Source of the DNA: Glaciecola sp.
Lineage (GTDB): Bacteria; Pseudomonadota; Alphaproteobacteria; Caulobacterales; Parvularculaceae
NCBI GenBank assembly: GCA_964219355.1
Contig: CAXPOZ010000003.1
Location: 219,678-283,677, forward strand
Direction: 5' to 3'
Length of the DNA stretch: 64,000 nt
The notes beneath the pieces are model-generated. The model saw only the letters and a list, made by a program, of their open reading frames with translations. It was not told the origin of the DNA and did no database searches. Positions 1-9,368 of this stretch are shown in pieces; the stretch's first letter is position 1, and every line of letters begins with the position of its first letter. The translations under genes were made by a program, and so were the position numbers.

Positions 1-658
1 GACCCATGGTCGAGGTCAGGGCGATCCGCTTGATGTAGGTGCCTTTGGCGCCTGACGGCTTCGCCTTGTTCACGGCATCGACGAAAGCGCGGACGTTTTC
101 TTCGAGCTTCGTCGCATCAAAGCTGGCTTTGCCAACACCGGCGTGAACGATACCGTTTTTCTCAACGCGGAACTGAACCGCCCCGCCCTTGGCATCTTCG
201 ACGGCCTTCTTGATGTTCGGGGTCACCGTGCCGACCTTCGGGTTCGGCATCAGGCCGCGGGGGCCGAGTTGCTTCCCCAGACGACCGACGAGCGGCATCA
301 TGTCCGGCGTTGCGATCACGCGATCAAAATCCATTTCGCCATTCTGGATCTGCTCGACGAGGTCTTCGGCCCCGACAATTTCAGCCCCAGCGGCGCGAGC
401 TTCTTCCGCCTTGTCGTCTTTTGCGAAGACAGCAACGCGAACAGAACGGCCCGTGCCATTCGGTAGCGAGACGACACCGCGAACCATCTGGTCCGCATGC
501 CGAGGATCAACACCAAGGTTCATCGAAATCTCGACAGTTTCGTCAAATTTCGCCGTGGCGTTCTTTTTCACGGTTTCGACCGCTTCGGTCAGGCCGTGCA
601 GAGTTTTGAAATCGATGCCTTCACGCGCATTGCGCAGACGTTTTCCGACTTTCGCCAT
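1..658 (-). CDS. rplA: 50S ribosomal protein L1 (3' end runs off the window)
   Basis: Manual translation from ATG at 658: [17 protein letters not shown]...[35 protein letters not shown]...[16 protein letters not shown]. Follows rplK; not in the ORF track because it is truncated. Confidence 0.98.
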   Translation of the reverse strand, partial: MAKVGKRLRNAREGIDFKTLHGLTEAVETVKKNATAKFDETVEISMNLGVDPRHADQMVRGVVSLPNGTGRSVRVAVFAKDDKAEEARAAGAEIVGAEDLVEQIQNGEMDFDRVIATPDMMPLVGRLGKQLGPRGLMPNPKVGTVTPNIKKAVEDAKGGAVQFRVEKNGIVHAGVGKASFDATKLEENVRAFVDAVNKAKPSGAKGTYIKRIALTSTMG

Positions 659-661
659 GAC

Positions 662-1090
662 TTAGCCCTCCACTTTCAGGCCCATGGCCCGTGCGGACCC
701 GGCAATGATGTTGGCGGCCGCATCAATGTCATTGGCATTTAGGTCAGCCATTTTGGCTTCGGCGATTTCACGAACCTGCGCCATGGTGACGGAGCCAGCG
801 ACTTCTTTGCCCGGCAGCGAACCGCCCTTGGGCAGTTTGGCGGCTTTTTTCAGGTAATAGGACGCAGGCGGTGTTTTGGTTTCGAACGTGAACGACTTGT
901 CCGTGTAGATGGTAATGATCGTGGGGATCGGCATCCCCTTTTCCATCTCTTGGGTCGCAGCGTTGAACGCCTTGCAGAATTCCATGATGTTGAGGCCGCG
1001 CTGACCGAGAGCGGGACCGATGGGCGGCGACGGGTTAGCCGCGCCGGCGGGCACCTGAAGCTTCAGGTAGCCTTGGAGTTTCTTTGCCAT
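662..1090 (-). CDS. rplK: 50S ribosomal protein L11
   Basis: [44 protein letters not shown] is the L11 signature. Confidence 0.99.
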   Translation of the reverse strand: MAKKLQGYLKLQVPAGAANPSPPIGPALGQRGLNIMEFCKAFNAATQEMEKGMPIPTIITIYTDKSFTFETKTPPASYYLKKAAKLPKGGSLPGKEVAGSVTMAQVREIAEAKMADLNANDIDAAANIIAGSARAMGLKVEG

Positions 1091-1177
1091 GTTACACCTT
1101 CCGATTATTGGCGAAGGGGACGCGGTCGGGCTGGATCATGGACTTGCTAAGACCCATAGCCTCCCGCGAAGCGCCGG

Positions 1178-1206
1178 GCTCTAGCGGCAAAAGCCTGTAA
1201 ACGCAA
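1178..1206 (-). promoter_or_regulatory. sigma70-type promoter of rplKA
   Basis: Minus strand TTGCGT-N17-TAGAGC (context GCTAGAGC, like the Caulobacter GCTANAWC -10), about 90 nt upstream of rplK. Confidence 0.6.
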
Positions 1207-1219
1207 TCCCTTGGAGGGC

Positions 1220-2329
1220 TTAGTCCACGGCGATGGCACCATAGGCGGCGCGGGCCGCAGCGCGGAAGATATCGGCGTCGCCATCGCGTCCACCGGCCCC
1301 TTCGCTGAGGCCTACCAGCAGCAGCCCCTGCCCCTGATCTATCAGCAGGAAAGCGCCTTGACCGGCAGAGAAATAGCTGCCCGCCGTCGCGCCGGGGCCT
1401 GTGACCCCGGCAGAGCGCAAAACCGCAACGCCGAGACCGCGGCCAATAACTCCCGGGGTCATGTCCTCACCCAGCCCTGAATTGAGCGCCCAACGGTCAT
1501 CCGGCAGGTGATCCCGCGACATCAGGCTGACCGTCGCGCCATCAAGAATGCGCGCGCCGCCGACCCCGCCGCCCGAGGCGAGGAGCTGGCCGAACCGGGC
1601 CATATCCCGCAGGCTCGCCTCTAGAACGAACGTCCCGCCCGCCCCTTCGGTCAGCCGCATGCTGGTCATGCCCAGCTGGTTGAAAATCCGCTCATCAAGA
1701 TAGACCGCAACCGGCGTGTCAGAGACATTCTGGATGATCTCCGCCTGCAATTTGAGGTCCGGGCCGGTGGTGCCGTCCCCTGTCATGATCTGCGCAATGG
1801 TCGGGCTGTCTTCCTCAGACCCGACCGGGCCCAGCCGCCCTTCGGGCAGGTAATAGGCCGCTGGTTCATCGAGCGTGAATTGCCCCTCATCATAGAGCAT
1901 CAGCATGCCGGCGGTAATGACAGGCGCGGCCAGCACCCGGCTCCGCCAGACCGTATCGGCCCCGGCGAGCGCTTCTCCGCCGGGTGCATTGCCAGCCGTC
2001 ACGAAGGCGGCGACATGCCCGTCCCGGACCAGCAATGCTGTCATGCCCTCGGCACCACGTGCCTCGACGGCGCTGGCGATCGCCATACGAAAATCGGCAA
2101 GCCCCCCCGCCGTCATGCCGAGCTGTTCAGGCAGGATCGGGGTTTCAAGATCAGGCCAGCCTGTAGAGATCAGTGCCGGGGGCAAACGCCCGGCCGTGCT
2201 CGTCTCCTCGACAATTACGGGTTCTTCTTCAGCATCCGCAGGCTCATCGGTGGGAGCGTTCGATCCCCCGCATGCCGCCAACACCAAGCATAGGGCCCCT
2301 GCGGGACCATACCGCCAAGACATCGTCAT
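1220..2329 (-). CDS. Beta-lactamase/serine-hydrolase-fold lipoprotein, catalytic motifs degenerate
   Basis: ATG at 2329 with SD GAAGGGGGA; lipobox LAAC; family landmarks (LLVRDG, DTVWR, LDERIFNQLGMTS, SLRDMARFGQLLASGG). SxxK is replaced by VLAA. Confidence 0.8.
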   Translation of the reverse strand: MTMSWRYGPAGALCLVLAACGGSNAPTDEPADAEEEPVIVEETSTAGRLPPALISTGWPDLETPILPEQLGMTAGGLADFRMAIASAVEARGAEGMTALLVRDGHVAAFVTAGNAPGGEALAGADTVWRSRVLAAPVITAGMLMLYDEGQFTLDEPAAYYLPEGRLGPVGSEEDSPTIAQIMTGDGTTGPDLKLQAEIIQNVSDTPVAVYLDERIFNQLGMTSMRLTEGAGGTFVLEASLRDMARFGQLLASGGGVGGARILDGATVSLMSRDHLPDDRWALNSGLGEDMTPGVIGRGLGVAVLRSAGVTGPGATAGSYFSAGQGAFLLIDQGQGLLLVGLSEGAGGRDGDADIFRAAARAAYGAIAVD

Positions 2330-2454
2330 CTCCCCCTTCGCATCAACCGATGCGCGAGCTTCCGCAGAAGCCACCCTTAACTTTACCAAAAAGTCAGGAA
2401 GAATGGCAGCCCCGCAGACAGGAATTCCACAACTTCAATCAGGCTGAATTGAGG

Positions 2455-2949
2455 CTACTCAGCTGGGCCGGATACCCGTTCATAAACAATGGTTTCCGTC
2501 CAGCGTTCGCCTTCCTTGTTGGTCAGGACGAGCTCGATTGTCTGGCGGCCATCTTCCTCGAGGCGCAGGGTCAGACCGGAAAAAACACCCACGCCAGGCT
2601 CTGTCCGTTGCAATTTGAAAGCGTGAAAGCCGTCTTTCTCTTCCCAGCCCGTCATGTCGGCATTGAAGTGTTTGACCCGCAGTGACGGGCCTTCCTCAAA
2701 GTCAGCAAGATGAAAGATCTCCGTAAAGACGATCTTGCCTTCTTCCTCAAGTTGGAGAAGGCCGGTCATGTGCCCGTCTGGTCCGGTGACCCAGCATTCC
2801 TTGGCAAAACCGTCAAAGGCCGGGCCTTCCCAACACCCTTCAAGCCAAGCGAGGTCGTCGAGCGACCATTCGGTGCTCTCATCCTGCGCAAGAGCCGATG
2901 ACATCAGCATGGCGCCCGCACCCATCAGGGACAGCAATAAATTTGGCAT
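2455..2949 (-). CDS. DUF6265-like exported beta-barrel protein
   Basis: Start 2949 with SD GGAGG; signal peptide; LDDLAWLEGCW...ECW...MTG motif. Confidence 0.7.
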   Translation of the reverse strand: MPNLLLSLMGAGAMLMSSALAQDESTEWSLDDLAWLEGCWEGPAFDGFAKECWVTGPDGHMTGLLQLEEEGKIVFTEIFHLADFEEGPSLRVKHFNADMTGWEEKDGFHAFKLQRTEPGVGVFSGLTLRLEEDGRQTIELVLTNKEGERWTETIVYERVSGPAE

Positions 2950-3008
2950 CCTGAACCTCCCGGTTGAATTTGAAGATACCTCAGGAATGTGCATGATAAT
3001 AGCCGATT

Positions 3009-3272
3009 TCATAGGCGCCGGACATAGCGCCAAAGCAGGTAGCTCACCGCCCCGCCCAAGAGGACCGGCGCCCAAACCATGGGGAAGCCTAAGAGCGAGA
3101 CGAGGATCGTCGACAGATCGAAGGTCTCGCCCGCCCCTTCCCCACCGAACAGCGGCCGCAGAATCAGCTTCCAGATCCCAAGTGCGGTCAGCAGTACACT
3201 GAGGACGAGGAAATAGGCCGCAAAGACCTTCCTTGCCTTCCGGTACTCTTCTGGATTGCGCTCAGGATTCAT
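3009..3272 (-). CDS. Small two-TM hypothetical membrane protein
   Basis: 87 aa with two hydrophobic segments, 14 nt downstream of alaS on the same strand. Confidence 0.6.
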   Translation of the reverse strand: MNPERNPEEYRKARKVFAAYFLVLSVLLTALGIWKLILRPLFGGEGAGETFDLSTILVSLLGFPMVWAPVLLGGAVSYLLWRYVRRL

Positions 3273-3286
3273 GACCGGCGGATGGG

Positions 3287-5941
3287 TTAGAGCGCCTGCA
3301 GACGCTCCCGCACTTTTGCGATGGCATCATTCGCGGCATCCGGGTTCGGCCCACCGCCATGGGCGAGATCCGGCTTGCCACCGCCGCCCTTGCCGCCAAG
3401 AGCTTCAACCGCGAGTTTGACCAGTTCGGGCGCGCCGATACGATCCGTCAGGCCGTCCGAGACGCCGATCGACACACTCGCCTTGCCTTCATCCGTCGAG
3501 ATGAACGCGGCAATTGCATTGTCGCTGGCTTTCTTTGCGTCAGCGATCAGTCCCCGGAGTTCCTTTGCCGGAATGCCTTCGAGGACCTGACCGGTGAAGA
3601 CGATATCGCCGATCGTCTCGGTTGCGGGCTTGCCGCCACCGCCGCCCATGGCCGCCTTTTTCTTGGCCGCGACGAGTTCCTTCTCGAGGCGCTTCTTGTC
3701 CTCAAGCAGCGCCGTCACGCGGTCGGCCACATCGCCGATCTTGACCTTGAGCGTGCCGGCCAGCCCGGTTGCGATCCCGGCCTGCTCCTTAAGATAATCG
3801 CGTGCCGCCTCCCCGGTCACGGCCTCGATCCGGCGAATGCCGCTGGCGACCGCCGTTTCGGTCGTGATGACGAAAAGCGCGATATCGCCTGTGCGGGTCA
3901 CATGGGTGCCGCCGCAAAGCTCCATCGAGTATGGGCGCTCAGGGTTCTCGAAGTCATCGCCAAGCCTCAGCACACGGACTTCGTCTTCATATTTCTCACC
4001 GAAGAGAGCCATGGCGCCGGCTTCAATCGCGTCATCATAGGGCATGACGGAGACAACGCCTTCATCATTCTGACGAATGACGCGGTTGACCTCGGCTTCG
4101 ATAAGATCGAGTGCTTCGCGACTGACGCCGGAATTATGCGAGAAGTCAAAGCGGAAATTGTCCGGGCCCACAAAGGAGCCTTTCTGGACGACATGGTCGC
4201 CCAGATGCCGCCGCAGGGCCGCGTGAACAAGGTGGGTGGCGGAGTGGTTCCGCTTGATCCGTGCCCGGCGCTCATGATCGATTTCGAGTGTGACGACATC
4301 GCCCACTTTCAGCGTGCCCTTTTTGACGACAGCGTGATGGACGTGAAGCGCGCCTGCGCCTTTCTTGGTGTCACGGATGATCAGCTCCGCACCGCCCGCG
4401 CTGACAGCTCGTCCCGCATCGCCTGCCTGCCCGCCCGATTCAGCATAGAATGGCGTCTGATTGGCAACGAGGCTCACCTCATCGCCTTCAGAGACGCTTT
4501 CGACGCGCGCGCCATCTTTCACGAGTGCAGTGACAGCGCCTTCGGCTCTTTCATGGACATAGCCGATAAATTCCGTGGGCGCTGTATCTGAGAGAATATC
4601 GAACCAGACCTTGTCGCTGGCGGCATCGCCTGAGCCTGCCCAATTGGCGCGCGCCATTTCTTTCTGGCGGGTCATGGCGGCATCAAAGCCAGCCTGATCA
4701 AGGCCATAGCCCTGCCGCCGTAACGCATCTTCGGTCAGATCGAGCGGGAAGCCGAATGTGTCATAGAGCTTGAAGGCCGCCTCGCCGGGCAATGTGCCGC
4801 CATCAGCCAGTTTGCTGGTTTCCTCAGCGAGGAGTTTCAGCCCGCGGTCGAGCAGATCGGCGAATTTCTCTTCTTCCACGCGCAGCGTGTCACGCACGAG
4901 GCTCTCGGCGCGCGGCAGCTCCGGGAAGGCGCCGCCCATTTCATCAACGAGGGTTGGCACCAGACGCGTCAGCAACGGATCCTTCGCCCCTAGCGCATGG
5001 GCATAGCGCATGGCCCGGCGCATGATCCGTCTCAAGACATACCCCCGGCCCTCATTGGACGGTGTGACGCCATCAGCAATCAGGAAGGACGAGGCGCGCA
5101 GATGATCTGCGACGACCCGGTGCGAGACGAGATCATCGCCTTCGGGTTTGCGGCCCGTCAGCTCAACCGACGCATTGATCAGTGTCTGGAAGAGATCAGT
5201 CTCGTAATTGTTGTGAATGCCCTGCAGCACCGTTGCGACTCGCTCGAGCCCCATGCCGGTGTCGATCGAGGGTTTGGGCAAATCCGTCTGCTCGCCGCCT
5301 GCATGTTTCTCGAACTGCATGAAAACGAGGTTCCAGATCTCGATGAACCGGTCGCCATCCTCATCCGGGCTGCCCGGCGGGCCGCCCGGAATGTGGGGCC
5401 CATGATCGTAGAAAATCTCGGAGCACGGACCGCAAGGGCCAGTATCGCCCATTGACCAGAAATTGTCAGAGGTCGGAATGCGGATGATTTTTTCATCTGC
5501 AAATCCCGTGACCTTCTTCCAAAGATCAAATGCCTCATCATCGGTGTGATAGACAGTGACCAGCAGCTTTTCCGGCGGCAGGCCGAAAGTACCAGTCAGC
5601 AGCTCCCAGGCATTGAGGATCGCCTGTTCCTTGAAATAGTCGCCGAAGCTGAAATTCCCCAGCATCTCGAAAAAGGTGTGGTGGCGCGCCGTATAGCCGA
5701 CATTGTCGAGGTCGTTATGCTTGCCGCCGGCCCGGACGCATTTCTGCGAGGACGTCGCGCGGACATAGCTGCGCGTTTCCGTTCCCGTGAACAGGTTCTT
5801 GAACGGCACCATGCCCGCATTGACGAACAGCAGCGTCGGGTCATTCTGCGGCACGAGCGGCGCAGACGGCACGATTTCGTGATCGCGGTTCGCGAAAAAG
5901 TCGAGAAAGGACTGGCGGATATCATTGACGGATGTGACCAT
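3287..5941 (-). CDS. alaS: Alanine--tRNA ligase
   Basis: [51 protein letters not shown]-terminal GGKGGG. Confidence 0.99.
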   Translation of the reverse strand: MVTSVNDIRQSFLDFFANRDHEIVPSAPLVPQNDPTLLFVNAGMVPFKNLFTGTETRSYVRATSSQKCVRAGGKHNDLDNVGYTARHHTFFEMLGNFSFGDYFKEQAILNAWELLTGTFGLPPEKLLVTVYHTDDEAFDLWKKVTGFADEKIIRIPTSDNFWSMGDTGPCGPCSEIFYDHGPHIPGGPPGSPDEDGDRFIEIWNLVFMQFEKHAGGEQTDLPKPSIDTGMGLERVATVLQGIHNNYETDLFQTLINASVELTGRKPEGDDLVSHRVVADHLRASSFLIADGVTPSNEGRGYVLRRIMRRAMRYAHALGAKDPLLTRLVPTLVDEMGGAFPELPRAESLVRDTLRVEEEKFADLLDRGLKLLAEETSKLADGGTLPGEAAFKLYDTFGFPLDLTEDALRRQGYGLDQAGFDAAMTRQKEMARANWAGSGDAASDKVWFDILSDTAPTEFIGYVHERAEGAVTALVKDGARVESVSEGDEVSLVANQTPFYAESGGQAGDAGRAVSAGGAELIIRDTKKGAGALHVHHAVVKKGTLKVGDVVTLEIDHERRARIKRNHSATHLVHAALRRHLGDHVVQKGSFVGPDNFRFDFSHNSGVSREALDLIEAEVNRVIRQNDEGVVSVMPYDDAIEAGAMALFGEKYEDEVRVLRLGDDFENPERPYSMELCGGTHVTRTGDIALFVITTETAVASGIRRIEAVTGEAARDYLKEQAGIATGLAGTLKVKIGDVADRVTALLEDKKRLEKELVAAKKKAAMGGGGGKPATETIGDIVFTGQVLEGIPAKELRGLIADAKKASDNAIAAFISTDEGKASVSIGVSDGLTDRIGAPELVKLAVEALGGKGGGGKPDLAHGGGPNPDAANDAIAKVRERLQAL

Positions 5942-5947
5942 CCGCGC

Positions 5948-5976
5948 GGCTTAATCGGCCCCGCGCCCTTGTGCAA
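5948..5976 (-). promoter_or_regulatory. Promoter of alaS, probably leaderless
   Basis: Minus strand TTGCAC-N17-TAAGCC, then 6 nt to the ATG; no SD. Confidence 0.45.
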
Positions 5977-6018
5977 TCGGGCTTGCGACGATGGGCGGCT
6001 TCGCCATATTCGATAGAT

Positions 6019-6579
6019 ATGCGCGCACCCATCTTCTTCCTCGCCCTAATGCTCACCGCCTGCAGCGGCCAGCCCGATTACCGGGCTGAAAAACAGCCGC
6101 CGGAAACGGTCCCCCATGTCGATATCGAGCGCTATCAGGGCCTCTGGTATGAGATCGCGCGCTATCCCAACCGTTTTGAAGACACCCCCGATTACATCTG
6201 CACGGCGGTAACAGCCGAATATGCCATTCGCGAGGACGGCAGGATCGATGTCATCAATACCTGCCGGAAGGACACGCCCGAAGGCGAGGTCGACGTCGCA
6301 AACGGCGTTGCCCGGGTCGTCGGCGGGAATGGCGCGAAGCTGAAGGTCAAATTCGCGCCCGGCTGGGTGCCGTTTGCGAGCGGCGATTACTGGGTGCTCG
6401 ATCTGACAGAGGATTACTCCGCCGCCCTCGTCGGCAGCCCGGACGGCAAATATCTCTGGCTGCTCTCCCGTACCCCGATCATCCCGGCCGAGACGGGCCG
6501 GCGCCTGATGGAGGCCGCCCGCGCGCGCGGCTATGAGACGGATCCCCTGCAATTCACGTTGCAACCGCTCGGCGGTTAG
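6019..6579 (+). CDS. blc: Bacterial lipocalin lipoprotein
   Basis: Lipobox LTAC; VDIERYQGLWYEIAR, DYWVLD, YLWLLSRTP lipocalin motifs. Confidence 0.9.
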   Translation: MRAPIFFLALMLTACSGQPDYRAEKQPPETVPHVDIERYQGLWYEIARYPNRFEDTPDYICTAVTAEYAIREDGRIDVINTCRKDTPEGEVDVANGVARVVGGNGAKLKVKFAPGWVPFASGDYWVLDLTEDYSAALVGSPDGKYLWLLSRTPIIPAETGRRLMEAARARGYETDPLQFTLQPLGG

Positions 6580-6631
6580 CCGGCGAACCTCTGCCCTCCT
6601 CATGCGTTATATCTGTTGAGGAGACACGCGA

Positions 6632-6823
6632 ATGACAAACCCGCACGAAAAGACCCCTGCAGAAGATACGATCAAGGGCGGCCACCAACCCTATGATGGG
6701 GAAGAGGCCGAAGGCGGCGCGCCGCGCGGCTATGATTCGAACCATGAGCGCTATGACGAGAATGGCGAGCGCATCTATCGGGACAATGAAAATGCGCCCG
6801 CAGGCGACGACAAGAAGGACTAG
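6632..6823 (+). CDS. Small acidic, probably disordered hypothetical protein
   Basis: 63 aa; SD GAGGAG upstream; stop overlaps the convergent gene's stop. Confidence 0.5.
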   Translation: MTNPHEKTPAEDTIKGGHQPYDGEEAEGGAPRGYDSNHERYDENGERIYRDNENAPAGDDKKD

Positions 6824-7329
6824 TCCTTATCCGTCACAAGCTTGATGAGCGCCTCGTCCCAGACGAAATCGACGGCGGGCGCGAGCTCGGTGAGACCAGA
6901 ACCCTCCGCGCCATTGGCAACGAAATCCATTTTCAGGATCGATCCGCCGCCCTCTTTCTCCCCGACACTGAGCGTGAGGGATGTCGCGAGCCCCATTTCC
7001 TGCATCGGCCCGAATGGCGCATGAAGGCGCAGCATCTCACCATGCATGACGGCCATGACCTGTCCATGGGTGACAGAGCCACCTTCCCAGTCCTCGCGCC
7101 AGACGCCGCCGGCTTCGAGTTCAAGCGTCATATGCCCCGGATCGCCGGAAAAGGAATGGAGCCACCATTCCTTCGGCTCGATCAGTTTTGCCCACAGATC
7201 CGCCTTGCTCAGCGTGCTTTCATGCTTCTGCGACAAGACCATGCGGGCGGATGATGAGGAGACGACTTCTGCCTGCGCCGTGGCTGTCATCAGAGCAGCG
7301 GCGCAAAGCGCAGGAATGAGACGGGTCAT
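6820..7329 (-). CDS. SRPBCC/START-fold exported protein
   Basis: Start 7329 (SD AGGAGGA); signal peptide ending AQA; WW..HSFSGD...LE.EAGG.W.E pattern. Confidence 0.7.
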   Translation of the reverse strand: MTRLIPALCAAALMTATAQAEVVSSSSARMVLSQKHESTLSKADLWAKLIEPKEWWLHSFSGDPGHMTLELEAGGVWREDWEGGSVTHGQVMAVMHGEMLRLHAPFGPMQEMGLATSLTLSVGEKEGGGSILKMDFVANGAEGSGLTELAPAVDFVWDEALIKLVTDKD

Positions 7330-7397
7330 GGCAATTCCTCCTGCCGGACACTCTGCCATAAAGACACCATGGCGCGCCATGCCCTCAATGGAAGGCA

Positions 7398-8357
7398 TTA
7401 GCGTAGCCTCGGGCGTAAGAGCCATGTGCCTGATTGCGAAATGAGCCGTCCGCCAGTGCCGAGCTTGAACCGCGCGACGCCCGGCGCGTGGTCCGTATCG
7501 ACTCCGCCTAAGTCGAGCATTGTCACGCCTTTTTTCTTCAGTTGCCGGATCGATTGCCAGAGGAGGAGGTTCATCGCATTCGCGTCGCGCCCGGACTTTG
7601 AGGCCCAGCCGATGTGATAGGTCGCCGTTGCCCCGTGTCGAAAGAGCAGCATGCCCGCCACCCGTTCCGCCCCGAGTTTCGCTTCGAAACCGATCACGGA
7701 ATCTTTGCCCGCTTTCTCCTGCCAGGCAGGCACCATGAGGGGCGATAACGCTCTGTAGCCTAATCTTTTCTGCTGACGACGTTCGGCCTCAAGCAACCAT
7801 TTATACTGCTCCGCCCGACGCCCCAGCGGATTGACGGTAAGCCCTGCTTTTTCAGCGGCCCGGAGCCGGTTGCGCCATTTGCCGTCCGCCTCCGCCAACA
7901 GCGCCTCTTCATCCTGCGTCAGGTCAAGAAGCACGGTGTGGTAGGGTGAGACAACGCGCCGGAGACGGAGCTTTTCCTCCGCCCCGCTCCCCTCCCCCTG
8001 CGGCATCAGCAGAAAAGCATGAAACCCCTTGATCGGCAGGGTCCGGCCCAGTTCATCGATCATCGCGGCGCGGGCGCCTTCGGGCAGACCTTCATTGAGC
8101 CAGACCGGCCCCATCATGGCGGTCGCAAGCCGGAAGCCAGGGAATTTGCGGACCGCGACTTGGCAGAGCCCAGCCGTCTCGCCTTCGGTGACCAATTCGG
8201 CCCGCAGAACCTCGCCGCCATGGGCCGCAATCACCTCGCCAAAGGCATGAGCCTGCTGGCAGGGCGCAAAAGCGGCGCGCACGAGTTGCTTATCCCAGGC
8301 TTTCGCTGAAAGACCGTTCCAGCGAATCATAGTTGTCTGCGGCGCATCGAATGGCAT
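7398..8357 (-). CDS. FemAB/FemX-like GNAT-family acyl- or peptidyl-transferase
   Basis: HTVLLDLTQDEEALL...KWRNRLRAAEK, YHIGW...NLLLWQSI...LDLGG. Confidence 0.75.
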   Translation of the reverse strand: MPFDAPQTTMIRWNGLSAKAWDKQLVRAAFAPCQQAHAFGEVIAAHGGEVLRAELVTEGETAGLCQVAVRKFPGFRLATAMMGPVWLNEGLPEGARAAMIDELGRTLPIKGFHAFLLMPQGEGSGAEEKLRLRRVVSPYHTVLLDLTQDEEALLAEADGKWRNRLRAAEKAGLTVNPLGRRAEQYKWLLEAERRQQKRLGYRALSPLMVPAWQEKAGKDSVIGFEAKLGAERVAGMLLFRHGATATYHIGWASKSGRDANAMNLLLWQSIRQLKKKGVTMLDLGGVDTDHAPGVARFKLGTGGRLISQSGTWLLRPRLR

Positions 8358-8566
8358 GGCCGGAGGCTGAATTGATCCGCAAGAAAGCTCAAGAAGTCAT
8401 GGGGCACCGGCTGGCCTCCCCGGCCCTCACGAAAACGGGCCTGCGGCTTATCCTGCAATATGTGGCGGCGCCAATTCTCGCGCTGCTGGCGCTGATCGAT
8501 CTCGGCCTGTTTCTCGTTTTCAAATATGCCTTCGGCCAGTGCTATGGCGTATGGTGCTGGTTTTAA
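8351..8566 (+). CDS. Small membrane protein (start uncertain)
   Basis: One long hydrophobic helix ending CYGVWCWF; convergent with sufA. Confidence 0.45.
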   Translation: MAWPEAELIRKKAQEVMGHRLASPALTKTGLRLILQYVAAPILALLALIDLGLFLVFKYAFGQCYGVWCWF

Positions 8567-8928
8567 GCGTCAGCTTTCGCCGGGACGATCGTCACGCTCT
8601 CCCCACAGCCGCAGGCATCGGTCTGGTTCGGATTATTGAAGACAAACCGGCTGGAGAGTTTCTCCGTCACGAAGTCGATTTCCGTCCCCAGTAGGAAGAG
8701 GATTGCCTTGGGGTCAATCAGGATGGTGATGCCGTTCTCCTCGACAACCTCGTCGAGCGGCCCCTTCTCGGTGGCGTAATCCATCGTGTATTCCATGCCG
8801 GCACAGCCGCCATTTTTCACGCCGATCTTAACCCCGATGAAATTCTCATCAGCGGATGACATGATCTCCGTCATGCGATCGGCGGCGCGGTCGGTCAGTG
8901 TCAGGACTTTAGGTCTCGGTCGCGCCAT
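8563..8928 (-). CDS. sufA: A-type Fe-S carrier SufA/IscA
   Basis: GVKNGGCAGMEY...FNNPNQTDACGCGES; ATG overlaps the upstream TAA (TAATG). Confidence 0.93.
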   Translation of the reverse strand: MARPRPKVLTLTDRAADRMTEIMSSADENFIGVKIGVKNGGCAGMEYTMDYATEKGPLDEVVEENGITILIDPKAILFLLGTEIDFVTEKLSSRFVFNNPNQTDACGCGESVTIVPAKADA

Positions 8929-9368
8929 TACAGCCACCCCAGTTCCAGTTTTGCTTCATCCGACATGCGGTCCGGCGTCCAGGGCGGGTCAAAAGTCATC
9001 TCGACCTCGCACCGCTCAATGCCGTCAACGCGCGTGACCGCCTGCTCGACCCAGCCTGGCATTTCGCCCGCGACGGGACAGCCGGGCGCAGTCAGCGTCA
9101 TCTCGATCTTCACATCGCCGGGCTCGTCATAATCGACCTTGTAGATCAGCCCCAGCTCGTAAATATCGACCGGGATCTCCGGGTCATAGACGGTCTTCAG
9201 AGCCTCAACGATCTTGGCCGTCATGTTTGACAGGCGAATCTCGTCCGGGCTCAGCGCTTCTGGCGAGGCCGGCGGCGAAGGCGCGTCTGTCCGGCCACCC
9301 GACAGATCGATCATGTCGCGGCCGCCTGTTTCAGGGTCATATGTCTGTTCGTTGTCGGTCATACTCAT
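8928..9368 (-). CDS. sufT: SUF system protein SufT (DUF59)
   Basis: LKTVYDPEIPVDIYELGLIY...MTLTAPGCPVA...FDPPWTPDRMSDEAKLELG. Confidence 0.92.
   Translation of the reverse strand: MSMTDNEQTYDPETGGRDMIDLSGGRTDAPSPPASPEALSPDEIRLSNMTAKIVEALKTVYDPEIPVDIYELGLIYKVDYDEPGDVKIEMTLTAPGCPVAGEMPGWVEQAVTRVDGIERCEVEMTFDPPWTPDRMSDEAKLELGWL

Noticed and set aside
3359-4591. 410-aa plus-strand ORF antisense to alaS
   Set aside because: Shadow ORF of a high-GC gene; no recognisable motifs and fully inside alaS.
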